The position numbers were made by a program, and so were the translations under genes. Of a DNA stretch of 64,000 bases, positions 1 to 8,811 are shown one piece after another. A model generated the notes under the pieces. That model was not told where the DNA came from. It ran no database searches and saw only the letters and a list, made by a program, of their open reading frames with translations. Source of the stretch: Candidatus Lustribacter sp. (lineage in GTDB: Bacteria; Vulcanimicrobiota; Vulcanimicrobiia; Vulcanimicrobiales; Vulcanimicrobiaceae); NCBI GenBank assembly GCA_965277805.1, contig OZ255842.1, positions 4,064,001 to 4,128,000 on the forward strand, written 5' to 3'. Within the stretch, counting starts at the first letter, position 1; every line of letters begins with the position of its first letter.

Positions 1-2522
1 GCGCGTTCGACGTCGAAGATCAGCTCGTCGTGGATTTGTAAAATCATCGTTACGTCATCGCCGTAGCTCGCGAGACGCCGGTCGATGCGGACCATCGCGA
101 GTTTCATCAAATCGGCAGCGCTGCCTTGCAGCGGCGCGTTGGTCGCTTCGCGTTCGGCGGCCGCGCGCAGCGCGTAATTCTTCGCGGCGAGATCGGGCAT
201 GTAGCGGCGGCGGCCCAGAATCGTCTCCACGTAGCCGCGTTCGCGGCCTTCTTCCAAACAGCGGTCGATGTAGCCCCGCACGCCGGGAAAACGCGCGAAG
301 TACGCTTCGGTCATCGCGTGCGCTTGGGCGCGATCGATCTCCAAGCGCTGTGCGAGCCCGAAGTCCGACATGCCGTAGAGCAAACCGAAGTTCACGCTCT
401 TGGCCATGCGGCGCTGGTTCGGCGTGACGTCGGCGAACGGGCCGATGTCGAAGATCTTGCGCGCGGTGAAGTCGTGAATGTCCTGATGATCCCAGAAGGC
501 TTGGCGCATCGCTTCATCGCCTGAGAGGTGCGCCATCAGCCGCAACTCGATCTGCGAGTAATCGGCAGCCAGCAGCACGCGGCTCGGCGATCCCGCCACG
601 AAGGCGCGGCGCACTTGGCGCCCGAGTTCGCTGCGCACCGGAATGTTCTGCAGGTTCGGGTTCACCGACGAGAGCCGCCCGGTGGCGGTCGCGGTTTGGT
701 TGAGCACCGTGTGCAGGCGGTGATCGCGCGGATCGATCAGCGTCGGCAGCACGTCGATGTAGGTGTTCTTCAGCTTCGTGACTTCGCGGTATTCGAGCAC
801 TTGCGCCGCGATCGGAAAGCTGCGCGCGAGGCCGGCCAGCACTTCCACGCCCGTGGCGTAGCCGGTCTTGTTCTTTCCGCCGTGCGGTAAACCGAGCTTG
901 TCGAAGAGGACGCGGCCCAATTGCTGCGGCGAGCCGATGTTGAACGGTTCCCCGGCGGCCGAGTAGATCTCGCCCTGCAGACGTTCCACGTCGGCGTCGA
1001 CGCGGGCGCGCAGATCCACCAGCGCGTCGGGATCGAGCGCAACGCCCGCTCGTTCGATTTTCGCCAGCACGACGGCCAGCGGAACTTCGACGTCGGTGTA
1101 GAGCCCGAGCTGATTGCGCGCTTCGAGTTCGGCGCGGGCGGCGCGGGTGATGCGCGAGGCGGCGTCGGCAGCGGCCGGCGGATCGTCGGGCAACTCGCGG
1201 TGAAGCACGGCCGATGCGGCCTGCGTGATGTCGGTGTACGTGCGCGCCGGGTCGAGCACGTGGGCCGCGATCATCGGATCGTCATCGATCGTGCGCGGCA
1301 GCAAGCTCAGTTTTCCGATCACCGCTTTCGCGTCGTGCACGACGAGGTGCGGCACGCCGCTCCACACGGCGTCGAACGCGTCGCCGATCGCGGCATCGGC
1401 GAGCGCGCCGCGATCGAACGCGAAGCCCGACTCGTCCTCGATGCTGACCGCGATCGCCTCGCCGCGCATCGCGATCGCTACGCGCGGGCTCGTCGCCGCC
1501 GCGCGCAGCAGTTCGGCCAGCTTCGCGAAGTCGGGCGGATCGGTTGCGGCGACGAACGACGTGTACGTGCCCTGCAGCAGTTCGTCGGTCGAAACGGGCA
1601 CGGGGTTGGCGGGCGGCGTGAGCTTGGCGAGCAGTCCCTTGAACTCGAACTCGCGGTAGAGCGCGTAGAGCGCCTCGTTCGCGGGTTGGCTGAACTGCGC
1701 CGTGCTCCAGTCGAGGGTCAGCGGCAAATCGCGCTGGATGATCGACACGTCGCGGCAGATGCGTGCCGTCTCGCCGTGCTCGCGCACCAGCGCTTCGAGC
1801 TTCGGGGTACCGGCGAGTTTCGGCTCGGCGAGCAGCGCATCGAGCGAACCGGCCGCCTTCACGAGCTTGATCGCGGTCTTCTCGCCCACGCCCGGAATGC
1901 CGGGCAAGTTGTCGGACGGATCGCCTTTGAGGCCGCGGTAATCCGGCAGCTGGTGCGGTTCGAGGTCGAAGCGCTCGCGCACCGCAGCCGCGTCGTAGCG
2001 GCCGAGGTCGGTGATACCGCGGCGGGTGGTGAGTACGGTCGTCGTGTCGTCCACGGTCTGCAGCATGTCGAGATCGCCGGTCACGACGATCGTGCGTTGC
2101 CCGTCTTCGGCGGCAATACGCGCCAGCGTCGCCATCACGTCGTCGGCCTCTTCGCCTTCGATTTCGATAATCGGAATGCCGTAGGTCGCGAGGATCTTGC
2201 GCACGAGCGCGAACTGGCCGCGCAGGTCGGTCGGCATTTCGTCGCGCTGCGCCTTGTATTGTGGATACATCGCCACGCGCGCGGCCGGGAGCCCCTTGTC
2301 GAAGGCCGCGATCACGTGGGTCGGCTTTTCGTCGGCGATGAGCTTCGTGAGCATCATCGTGAAGCCGTAGGCGGCATTGATCGGCATGCCGTGCGTGGTC
2401 GTCAGCGCCGGTAACGCGAAGAACGCGCGATAGACGAGGCCGTAGGTATCGAGCAGCATCAAGCGCGCGGATTGCGGCGCGGGAACGCCGCGGTCGCCCA
2501 GCGGCAGCGCGACGTCGGTCAT
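1..2522 (-). CDS. polA: DNA polymerase I (3' end runs off the window)
   Basis: Manual translation: MTDVALP...LMLLDTYGLVYRAFFA, EADDV, TGDLD, GDPSDNLPGIPGVGEK (5'-3' exonuclease); TGRLSSVNPNLQNI, ADYSQIELR, AKSVNFGLLYG (family A polymerase motifs). Its ATG overlaps the stop of the upstream gene. Confidence 0.97.
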   Translation of the reverse strand, partial: MTDVALPLGDRGVPAPQSARLMLLDTYGLVYRAFFALPALTTTHGMPINAAYGFTMMLTKLIADEKPTHVIAAFDKGLPAARVAMYPQYKAQRDEMPTDLRGQFALVRKILATYGIPIIEIEGEEADDVMATLARIAAEDGQRTIVVTGDLDMLQTVDDTTTVLTTRRGITDLGRYDAAAVRERFDLEPHQLPDYRGLKGDPSDNLPGIPGVGEKTAIKLVKAAGSLDALLAEPKLAGTPKLEALVREHGETARICRDVSIIQRDLPLTLDWSTAQFSQPANEALYALYREFEFKGLLAKLTPPANPVPVSTDELLQGTYTSFVAATDPPDFAKLAELLRAAATSPRVAIAMRGEAIAVSIEDESGFAFDRGALADAAIGDAFDAVWSGVPHLVVHDAKAVIGKLSLLPRTIDDDPMIAAHVLDPARTYTDITQAASAVLHRELPDDPPAAADAASRITRAARAELEARNQLGLYTDVEVPLAVVLAKIERAGVALDPDALVDLRARVDADVERLQGEIYSAAGEPFNIGSPQQLGRVLFDKLGLPHGGKNKTGYATGVEVLAGLARSFPIAAQVLEYREVTKLKNTYIDVLPTLIDPRDHRLHTVLNQTATATGRLSSVNPNLQNIPVRSELGRQVRRAFVAGSPSRVLLAADYSQIELRLMAHLSGDEAMRQAFWDHQDIHDFTARKIFDIGPFADVTPNQRRMAKSVNFGLLYGMSDFGLAQRLEIDRAQAHAMTEAYFARFPGVRGYIDRCLEEGRERGYVETILGRRRYMPDLAAKNYALRAAAEREATNAPLQGSAADLMKLAMVRIDRRLASYGDDVTMILQIHDELIFDVER

Positions 2523-4897
2523 TGCACGGTCAGCGCGATCGACGCCGCGCCGACGTCGCCGTCGTCGGTCATTTTGATGATCGAGAGCACGTAGCGTCCC
2601 GGATCGCGCGGCACCGCAACGTTCACCGTCGCGCCGGTGCTCCGTTCGACCCGCCACGTGTAGACGCGTGTTGCGGCCGCGACGATCGTGTCGGGCGCGG
2701 CGGTTTGGCGCGGCTGATCGAAGCCGAAGATGTCGCCGGCCGTCGACTTCGCGGGCGCGACCCACGTGTGCCACGGCGGGTCGGTGGAAGCGAGATTTTG
2801 CGTCGTCGTGCCGGCCGATGCGAGCACGCCCGGGATGTCGTCAAACGACGCGCCGCCGGTGCCGCGCCGGTCGCTGACGCGCACGGCGATCGTGGCCGCG
2901 CTCGGATCGTTGCCGTCGGCGACCGTGATCGCGGCCGTTGCGCCGGGCGAATACGTTGCGCGATCGGCCTTCAGCGCGATCGAGCGCTGATGCCCTGGGC
3001 CGTCGACGACCAGCGGCTGCGACGCCGCAACGAGCGCGCCGTCGCGCACGAACGCGATACCGACCGTCAGCGCGCCGATCGTTTCCGGAACCGCGATCGA
3101 GGTGTTCGCCGCGCCGCTCGGCGCGGAGACGACCGCCGGCGTCACGCCGCGCGCGCTTTCCATCGTAATGAGCGCATCGCCGGCTGCGCCCGACAGGCTC
3201 GCGCTGATGCCGGTGTGTTCGCCCGGCTTCTGACGCGCTGGGTCGACGGCGATCTTCACGTCGCTCGCATTGTTGACGCTATTCCCGCTGAGCGCGCGCG
3301 GTGCGACCGTGATTGCGGAAACGTCGATCGCTTGCGCGTTGTCGACCGCGGCCTGCGCGGTCGCCAGGTTCATGCCGAGCGCGACGCCGGTAAACGTGGC
3401 CCGCGCCGTACCGTCAGGACCGAGCGTCAACGCATCGTCCTGAATCGTCGGGCCGTGACTGAGGCGCACGCGCACCGCGAGGCCCGACGCCGGCGCACCG
3501 GTGAGCGCATCGAACCCGCGCACGTCGAACGACGCGGTATCCGAGGGATCGATCGATGCCGCGAGCGGCACGATCGCGAGCGCGACGCGCGCGTTCGGCG
3601 CCACGAGATTCGCGCTCGCCGTCGAGGCGCCGCTGGCCGCGGCTACGCCGTACGTCGACGCGAGGCCATCGGTCGGGGCCGGGATCGCAACGTGTGCGAT
3701 GCCGAGCGGATCGGTCTGCACGGTCGTGTCGACGATCGTCGTCACGCCCCAAGCGCTTGCATCCTCTCCCGCGTCGGGCGGTTGTACGTGCGGCGAGCGC
3801 ACGATGCGCACGCGAATGTTTTGCGCGGCGACCGGCGCGCCCGCGCGGGTCAGGTTCAACGTGAGCGGGATCGGCGCAGAGGGCGAGCACGACGTGGAGC
3901 ATGGCGCAACGATTCCGAGCACCGAGTCACCGGCGCCGTCGATGTGGATCGTCGCGCCGCTGCTCGCGCCTTGAATCGAAGCCAGGATCACGGCGTCGCC
4001 GGCGGGCGCCGCCGGCGGAAGAGCGAGGCTCGTGCTAAACGCGCCGGCCGCGTCGAGTGCGGCGCGCGCCGACGCGACCGTGGTGCCGTTGTTGACGACG
4101 GTCAGCGCGACCTCGCCGGTCGCCGGACGATAGACGTTCCCGTTGCGGCGGCGCGCGAAGCCGACGACGCGCACGCTGTCCCCCGCACTTGCCGACGCGC
4201 GGTCGGCGCGCACCGCCAGCACGGAAGCCGGCGGCGGCGATTGCGGAAACAGCGAGACGAACGCTTTGCTCTTGCCCCACTCGGCGAGCGCAAACACCGC
4301 ATGCGCCGGCACGCGCGAGATCCCGTGCGCATCGGTTTGGTCGTATGCGAAATGCGTTCCGATCAGATACGTCACGCGCATTCCGTGCAGCGCTCGCCCG
4401 GTGCCCAAGTCGGCACCGTAGATCAGCGAGCCCGCCGGCGATTCTTTCGTCAGCATGCCCACGCGCGAGAGATTGAGCCACACCTGCTGCACCGCGCTGC
4501 CGCGGCGCGCTTCGATCACGTAGAAGCCTTCGCGATTGAGCAGCGGCACTTCGACGTCGTTCGAAGCGAACGTGAGACCCGGCGGCGGCGCGAAGCGCCA
4601 ATGCGCGACCGCCTTCATGTGCGAGGTGTCGACGGCGCGCGGCCGCGCGTTGGCGCCCGCGACGAGCACGTCGGTCGGATCGACGTCGTAGGCGGAAAAA
4701 TCGACCGCCGCGCCGCTGTAGGTGTCGAGCCGCAGCGTGATGCGCTTCCACGGCACGCTCGTGTTGCGCGCGAAAAGCGCGAAGTAATTGTCCCACTTGC
4801 CCGAGTCCAGCAGCGGACGCGCAGCGCGTGCCGGCGGAACAGCAACGGAAAATGTGAGAAGCAGCACGGCCAGCGCTGCAGCAAGCCTACGGTTCGT
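2519..4897 (-). CDS. Secreted alpha-2-macroglobulin-like (MG/Ig repeat) protein, truncated relative to full A2M
   Basis: 782-aa ORF from GTG 4867; the signal-peptide-like N-terminus extends to ACG 4897. Beta-rich repeats, ADRATYSPG-type MG motifs, no CxEQ thioester seen. Confidence 0.6.
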   Translation of the reverse strand, partial: TNRRLAAALAVLLLTFSVAVPPARAARPLLDSGKWDNYFALFARNTSVPWKRITLRLDTYSGAAVDFSAYDVDPTDVLVAGANARPRAVDTSHMKAVAHWRFAPPPGLTFASNDVEVPLLNREGFYVIEARRGSAVQQVWLNLSRVGMLTKESPAGSLIYGADLGTGRALHGMRVTYLIGTHFAYDQTDAHGISRVPAHAVFALAEWGKSKAFVSLFPQSPPPASVLAVRADRASASAGDSVRVVGFARRRNGNVYRPATGEVALTVVNNGTTVASARAALDAAGAFSTSLALPPAAPAGDAVILASIQGASSGATIHIDGAGDSVLGIVAPCSTSCSPSAPIPLTLNLTRAGAPVAAQNIRVRIVRSPHVQPPDAGEDASAWGVTTIVDTTVQTDPLGIAHVAIPAPTDGLASTYGVAAASGASTASANLVAPNARVALAIVPLAASIDPSDTASFDVRGFDALTGAPASGLAVRVRLSHGPTIQDDALTLGPDGTARATFTGVALGMNLATAQAAVDNAQAIDVSAITVAPRALSGNSVNNASDVKIAVDPARQKPGEHTGISASLSGAAGDALITMESARGVTPAVVSAPSGAANTSIAVPETIGALTVGIAFVRDGALVAASQPLVVDGPGHQRSIALKADRATYSPGATAAITVADGNDPSAATIAVRVSDRRGTGGASFDDIPGVLASAGTTTQNLASTDPPWHTWVAPAKSTAGDIFGFDQPRQTAAPDTIVAAATRVYTWRVERSTGATVNVAVPRDPGRYVLSIIKMTDDGDVGAASIALTVQ

Positions 4898-5270
4898 AGC
4901 TGATCGTCCCCGTAATGACGGAATCGGGTATCCGGAAACCGACGGTATAATCGCGCTTGTCGCCCTGCTTGAGCATGCGGTGCGGGTTGGCCACGCCGAT
5001 CAGCGCGCTCGATCCGGAGTCGGTACCTTGGTAGCGCTCGTTGCCGGTTGCGGTAAGGAAGAAGCGGCTCACGTCGGGCGTGAAGTCGTGGGACGTGTCG
5101 TTGGTCAGCTCAACCGTTGCGACCGCGTAGGTTTGGATACCCGGCGTCAGGCGCACAATGAGAACGCGGACGTCACCGATTCCGGTCAGCGCCGGAGCCG
5201 CGACCGCGGTTGCCCTGCAGGCACCGACTGCAAGAGCAAGCGCGAGCGCCAAAACCGTGCGTTTCCACAT
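4887..5270 (-). CDS. Small exported hypothetical protein (DUF4352-like Ig fold possible)
   Basis: 127-aa ORF with an N-terminal signal peptide and a VELTN...F.L...G..Y...L..G....TVGF pattern. Confidence 0.6.
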   Translation of the reverse strand: MWKRTVLALALALAVGACRATAVAAPALTGIGDVRVLIVRLTPGIQTYAVATVELTNDTSHDFTPDVSRFFLTATGNERYQGTDSGSSALIGVANPHRMLKQGDKRDYTVGFRIPDSVITGTISYEP

Positions 5271-5331
5271 TCAAATAGCGGTTTCGGCGGCCCCAAAGGC
5301 GCGTCCCGTTGCAAGGCAGAAGGCGAAAAGC

Positions 5332-5502
5332 GTGGACGAAAAGCGCCCCAAACGGAACTCCACCAACGCACCCTGCCGCTCGTGCGGCAGCGACGACCGT
5401 ACGCGCGTCGCGCGCGACGTTCGCGCGGCCGGCGCGACGTTCCAAGTGATCGTGGCCTGCGCGACCTGCGGCCACGCATTCGCAGCGCTCTCGCGCAACT
5501 GA
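5332..5502 (+). CDS. 56-aa zinc-ribbon microprotein
   Basis: GTG start; CRSC...CATC pairs; its stop overlaps the next ATG (TGATG). Confidence 0.6.
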   Translation: MDEKRPKRNSTNAPCRSCGSDDRTRVARDVRAAGATFQVIVACATCGHAFAALSRN

Positions 5503-6065
5503 TGTCCGCTCCGCTGCGCGCCGCGCTGTGTGCGGCGTTCGCCGCGTTCACCTTGCTGGCGGCCACGCCGGCTCCGCACCCGACGCCGTACCGCATCGAT
5601 CTCACGAAGATTCAGCCGAAGTCGCTGCTGCCGAAGGTGCCGCTGCACACCGAGTTCGTCGTCGCGGTGAACAAGATGGGTCAGGTCACGCGCATCATCT
5701 CGGGCAAGCCCTCGAAAGATCGCACGTACAACATTCAGACGGCCGGCAACGCGCTGCAAGCGTTCATCCGTACGCCCGATGGCAAAGCGATCCCCGGCAG
5801 CTACCGGCTGACCTACGACTACAGCCCGAAGACGACGCGCATCCACCGCGACGTCGCGCTCGTGAAAGCCGGCGGCGTCGATCCGAATGCCGAGGGCGCC
5901 GTCTACCAGATGATGGACGATGTCAAGAAGCACGAGAAAGCCGCCGCGAAAGCCGCGCACACGCCCGCACCGGAGCGTACGGCCGCGGTGACGCCCGGTC
6001 CGCAGCCGACGGGAACGCTGCATCTCCCCAGCCTCCAGCAGATCACCAAGACCCCGTCGCCATGA
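5502..6065 (+). CDS. Exported hypothetical protein, possibly TonB-C-like fold
   Basis: Signal peptide, Pro-rich linker, FVVAVNKMGQVTRI...DGKAI pattern, strong coding codon bias. Confidence 0.7.
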   Translation: MSAPLRAALCAAFAAFTLLAATPAPHPTPYRIDLTKIQPKSLLPKVPLHTEFVVAVNKMGQVTRIISGKPSKDRTYNIQTAGNALQAFIRTPDGKAIPGSYRLTYDYSPKTTRIHRDVALVKAGGVDPNAEGAVYQMMDDVKKHEKAAAKAAHTPAPERTAAVTPGPQPTGTLHLPSLQQITKTPSP

Positions 6066-6334
6066 GCGCTCGCGACCGCGGTAAAAAACGCGGTCCCGAG
6101 GAGTCGCTGATGGACTTCTTCATCCGCACGCGCAGCGCAGCCGATCCGGCAATCGATCGCGACGTCGCGCGCTCGTGCGGTACCAAACAACCGTACGCGA
6201 GCGAAGGCGAAGCGCGCGCCGTCGCCGCGATGAACGGCATGAAGCTCTTCACCTACCACTGCCGCTACTGCGACTTCTGGCACCTCACCCGCCGCCCCAC
6301 ATCCGCCAACCAAACCGCCCCCGACGAAGACTAG
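6062..6334 (+). CDS. Small C3H-type zinc-finger protein
   Basis: CGTKQPYASEGEA...YHCRYCDFWHLT motif; ATGA overlap with the upstream gene. Confidence 0.75.
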   Translation: MSARDRGKKRGPEESLMDFFIRTRSAADPAIDRDVARSCGTKQPYASEGEARAVAAMNGMKLFTYHCRYCDFWHLTRRPTSANQTAPDED

Positions 6335-6349
6335 CCGCTCCCCGAACAG

Positions 6350-6420
6350 ACTGTCATCCCGAGCCCACTGTCATCCCGAGCGTAGCGCCCGGTTGGGGCG
6401 CGCAGGCGAGCGAGGTGACA
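6350..6420. repeat. REP-like element with two tandem ACTGTCATCCCGAGC copies
   Basis: Copies at 6350-6364 and 6367-6381 between convergent genes; the same core occurs inverted at 27734 and 31721. Confidence 0.7.
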
Positions 6421-6433
6421 ATATCTATTATGA

Positions 6434-6916
6434 TTATGCGGGGGCGGCTCCGGCGGGGCTCTTGATGTTGGCGGGGTCGTACATCCAGACGTCGTCGATG
6501 GCGAAGATTTCGAACCAGTTCTCGAGCTCGGGGCGATCGGCGAGGTAGGGATACATCGGCATGACTTGCGCGCGGTGTTCGGCGTCGCGGATCTTGCGAT
6601 TCACGAGCATGTCGTTCAGGCCCGCGTACTTTTCTTGGTCGGTGTTGGCGTGCAGCCAGCGCACGACGTCGTCGTCGGACTTCGCGTTGCGCACGGCGTC
6701 GACGAATTGATCCTCGGTGATGCCGAGCCACTCGAAGATGTAGCCCGAGATGCCGGGCGTGATCTTATAGGGCCCGAGCGTGCCCTGGATCTTGGCGCGC
6801 GCCTTGTCGACCGTCCGCGCGAGGAAGACGATCCCGCCCAGCATCTCGCGCGCCGGGCGCGGCGGGTGCTGGCGGAGGTCGGCGTCGGGATAGGGGAGCG
6901 GGGCATTCTGCTGCAC
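6434..6916 (-). CDS. DUF5069-like hypothetical protein
   Basis: PRPAREMLGGIVFLARTVDKARA...GTLGPY motif. Confidence 0.75.
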   Translation of the reverse strand: MQQNAPLPYPDADLRQHPPRPAREMLGGIVFLARTVDKARAKIQGTLGPYKITPGISGYIFEWLGITEDQFVDAVRNAKSDDDVVRWLHANTDQEKYAGLNDMLVNRKIRDAEHRAQVMPMYPYLADRPELENWFEIFAIDDVWMYDPANIKSPAGAAPA

Positions 6917-6975
6917 GCCCGAGCCTACGTCGGGTCCGCAGGGAAACCTTCGCTTTGGGCGGCAACGCCGTGCCT

Positions 6976-7845
6976 ATGCGTTACGTTTCCTTTTCCGATG
7001 CGTCGGGCAAGCCGCGTCCCGGTGTGATCGAGGGCGACTCGATCAAACCGTTCGGCCCCGAAGTCGCGTCCCTCGATGCCTTCGTCAAAATGTCGCCGGC
7101 CGACCGCAAAGCGGCCGTCGCCAAACTCGGTGCGCCGATTCCCGCCAAGGGCGTGAAGCTGCACGCGCCGCTGCACCCGCAAAAGAACGTGTTCTGCGTC
7201 GGGCGCAACTACCTCGCGCACGCCGAAGAAGGCGCGAAGGCGCTCGGCCAGGAGCTGAAGCTTCCCGATGTGCCGACGTTCTTCACCAAAGCGCCGACGT
7301 CGATCGCCGATCCCGAAGAAGCGCTCGATCTCTCGAGCGACGTTTCGCCGATGTACGATTGGGAAGCGGAGCTGGCGGTCGTGATCGGTACGACGTGCAA
7401 AGACGTCTCGAAAGAAGACGCCCTCTCGAAAGTGTTCGGCTACAGCTGCCTCAACGACGTCACCGCGCGCGACCTCCAACGTACGCATCAGCAGTGGTTC
7501 AAGGGCAAAACGCTCGATCACACCTGCCCGATCGGCCCCTGGATCGTCGACGCCGCCGACATCGGCGACCCGCAAACGCTCGAGATCATGCTGCGCGTGA
7601 ACGGCGTCGAAAAGCAGCACTCGAATACCTCGAAGATGATCTTCGATGTGAAGACGGTGATCTCGAGCCTCTCGCAAGGACTGACGCTCGAGGCCGGTGA
7701 CGTGATCGCCAGCGGCACGCCCGAAGGCGTCGGCTTCGCGCGTACGCCGCCCGAATTCCTCAAGAACGGCGACGTGATGGAAGTCGAGATCGAAAAGGTC
7801 GGCATCCTGCGCAATTCGATGAAGATCGGGCCGACGAAGAAGTGA
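6976..7845 (+). CDS. Fumarylacetoacetate hydrolase family protein
   Basis: CVGRNY, DWEAEL, NDVTARDLQ, GK..D, SGTPEGVG motifs. Confidence 0.93.
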   Translation: MRYVSFSDASGKPRPGVIEGDSIKPFGPEVASLDAFVKMSPADRKAAVAKLGAPIPAKGVKLHAPLHPQKNVFCVGRNYLAHAEEGAKALGQELKLPDVPTFFTKAPTSIADPEEALDLSSDVSPMYDWEAELAVVIGTTCKDVSKEDALSKVFGYSCLNDVTARDLQRTHQQWFKGKTLDHTCPIGPWIVDAADIGDPQTLEIMLRVNGVEKQHSNTSKMIFDVKTVISSLSQGLTLEAGDVIASGTPEGVGFARTPPEFLKNGDVMEVEIEKVGILRNSMKIGPTKK

Positions 7846-8810
7846 CCGGACGGCGGCAATTCCTCGGCAGCAGTGCCGCGTTCGGCGCGGCGCTGGCCGT
7901 GCCGGGAATCGCGCGCGGGCAGAGTGCGAAAGCGTTGACGATCGGATACGTTCCGTCGACGCTCTTCGCTCCTGTGTTCGTGGCGCAGGAACGCGGCTAT
8001 CTGCGCGACGCGGGCTTCAACGCAACGTTGACGCCGATCGTCGCCGGACAAGACGCGATGGCGCTGGTCGCGCAGAGCCAGATGGACGTGGCGACGGCTG
8101 GGTTGTCAGCGGCGTTCTTCAACGCGATCAACCGTTCGCTCGACGTGAAGTTCGTTGCTTCGACGGGCTATCAGCCCGCGAAGGGTCATCCGACCGCCCT
8201 GATGATCCGCCAAGATTTGTGGGATGCGGGCCAGCATGACGCGAGCGGATTGAAGGGTAAGACGGTCGGCTGGCTCGGCAATGCCGGCGCAACCGCCGGG
8301 TATTACGTCGCGCTGATCTTGCGCAAATACGGGCTCGGAATGAAAGACATCCAAGCCATCAACATCGCCGCGCCCGATCAGGAAGTCGCGCTCGAACGCA
8401 AGGCCGTCGATGCGATGTTCTGCTCCGCACCGTTCACCGCGCTCTTCGCCGAAAAGAAACTCGCGCAGATCATCGGCAGCGCGCCGGTCGGCATCGCGGG
8501 CACCGGCATCTTCTTTGGGCCGACGCTCCTAAACGACGCGCCGGCCGCAACGGCCGTGATGAAGGCGCTCCGCCGCGGTGCGGCCGACGTCGTCGGCACC
8601 GGCTACCTCAAGCCTGAAAATCTCGCGGCGATGGCCAAGTACACGGGTCAATCGGCCGACTTGATCAAGACGACCGATCGCTACGACTTCAAACCGGATC
8701 TGCGCATCGATCAAACGACGGTGCTCGACATGCAGAACGAATTCATCAGCCAAGGACTGCTCGCGTACAAGACGGCGCTGCCGGATTCGAAGCTCATCGG
8801 AAAGTTCTAG
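7842..8810 (+). CDS. ABC substrate-binding protein (NMT1/SsuA type), Tat-like signal
   Basis: GRRQFL N-terminus; A.ERGY..DAG and LKGKTVG motifs. Confidence 0.88.
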   Translation: MTGRRQFLGSSAAFGAALAVPGIARGQSAKALTIGYVPSTLFAPVFVAQERGYLRDAGFNATLTPIVAGQDAMALVAQSQMDVATAGLSAAFFNAINRSLDVKFVASTGYQPAKGHPTALMIRQDLWDAGQHDASGLKGKTVGWLGNAGATAGYYVALILRKYGLGMKDIQAINIAAPDQEVALERKAVDAMFCSAPFTALFAEKKLAQIIGSAPVGIAGTGIFFGPTLLNDAPAATAVMKALRRGAADVVGTGYLKPENLAAMAKYTGQSADLIKTTDRYDFKPDLRIDQTTVLDMQNEFISQGLLAYKTALPDSKLIGKF

Positions 8811-8811
8811 C

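Noticed and set aside
921-4903. Long plus-strand ORFs 921-2414 and 2522-4903
   Set aside because: Antisense shadows of polA and the A2M-like gene.
4788-6334. ORF-track calls 4788-6065, 5158-5502 and 5528-6334 at full length
   Set aside because: Their N-terminal extensions overlap other genes; the overlapping stop/start junctions support the shorter starts 5502, 5332 and 6062.
6350-6420. CRISPR array
   Set aside because: Only two 15-bp copies 2 bp apart, with no spacers and no cas genes.
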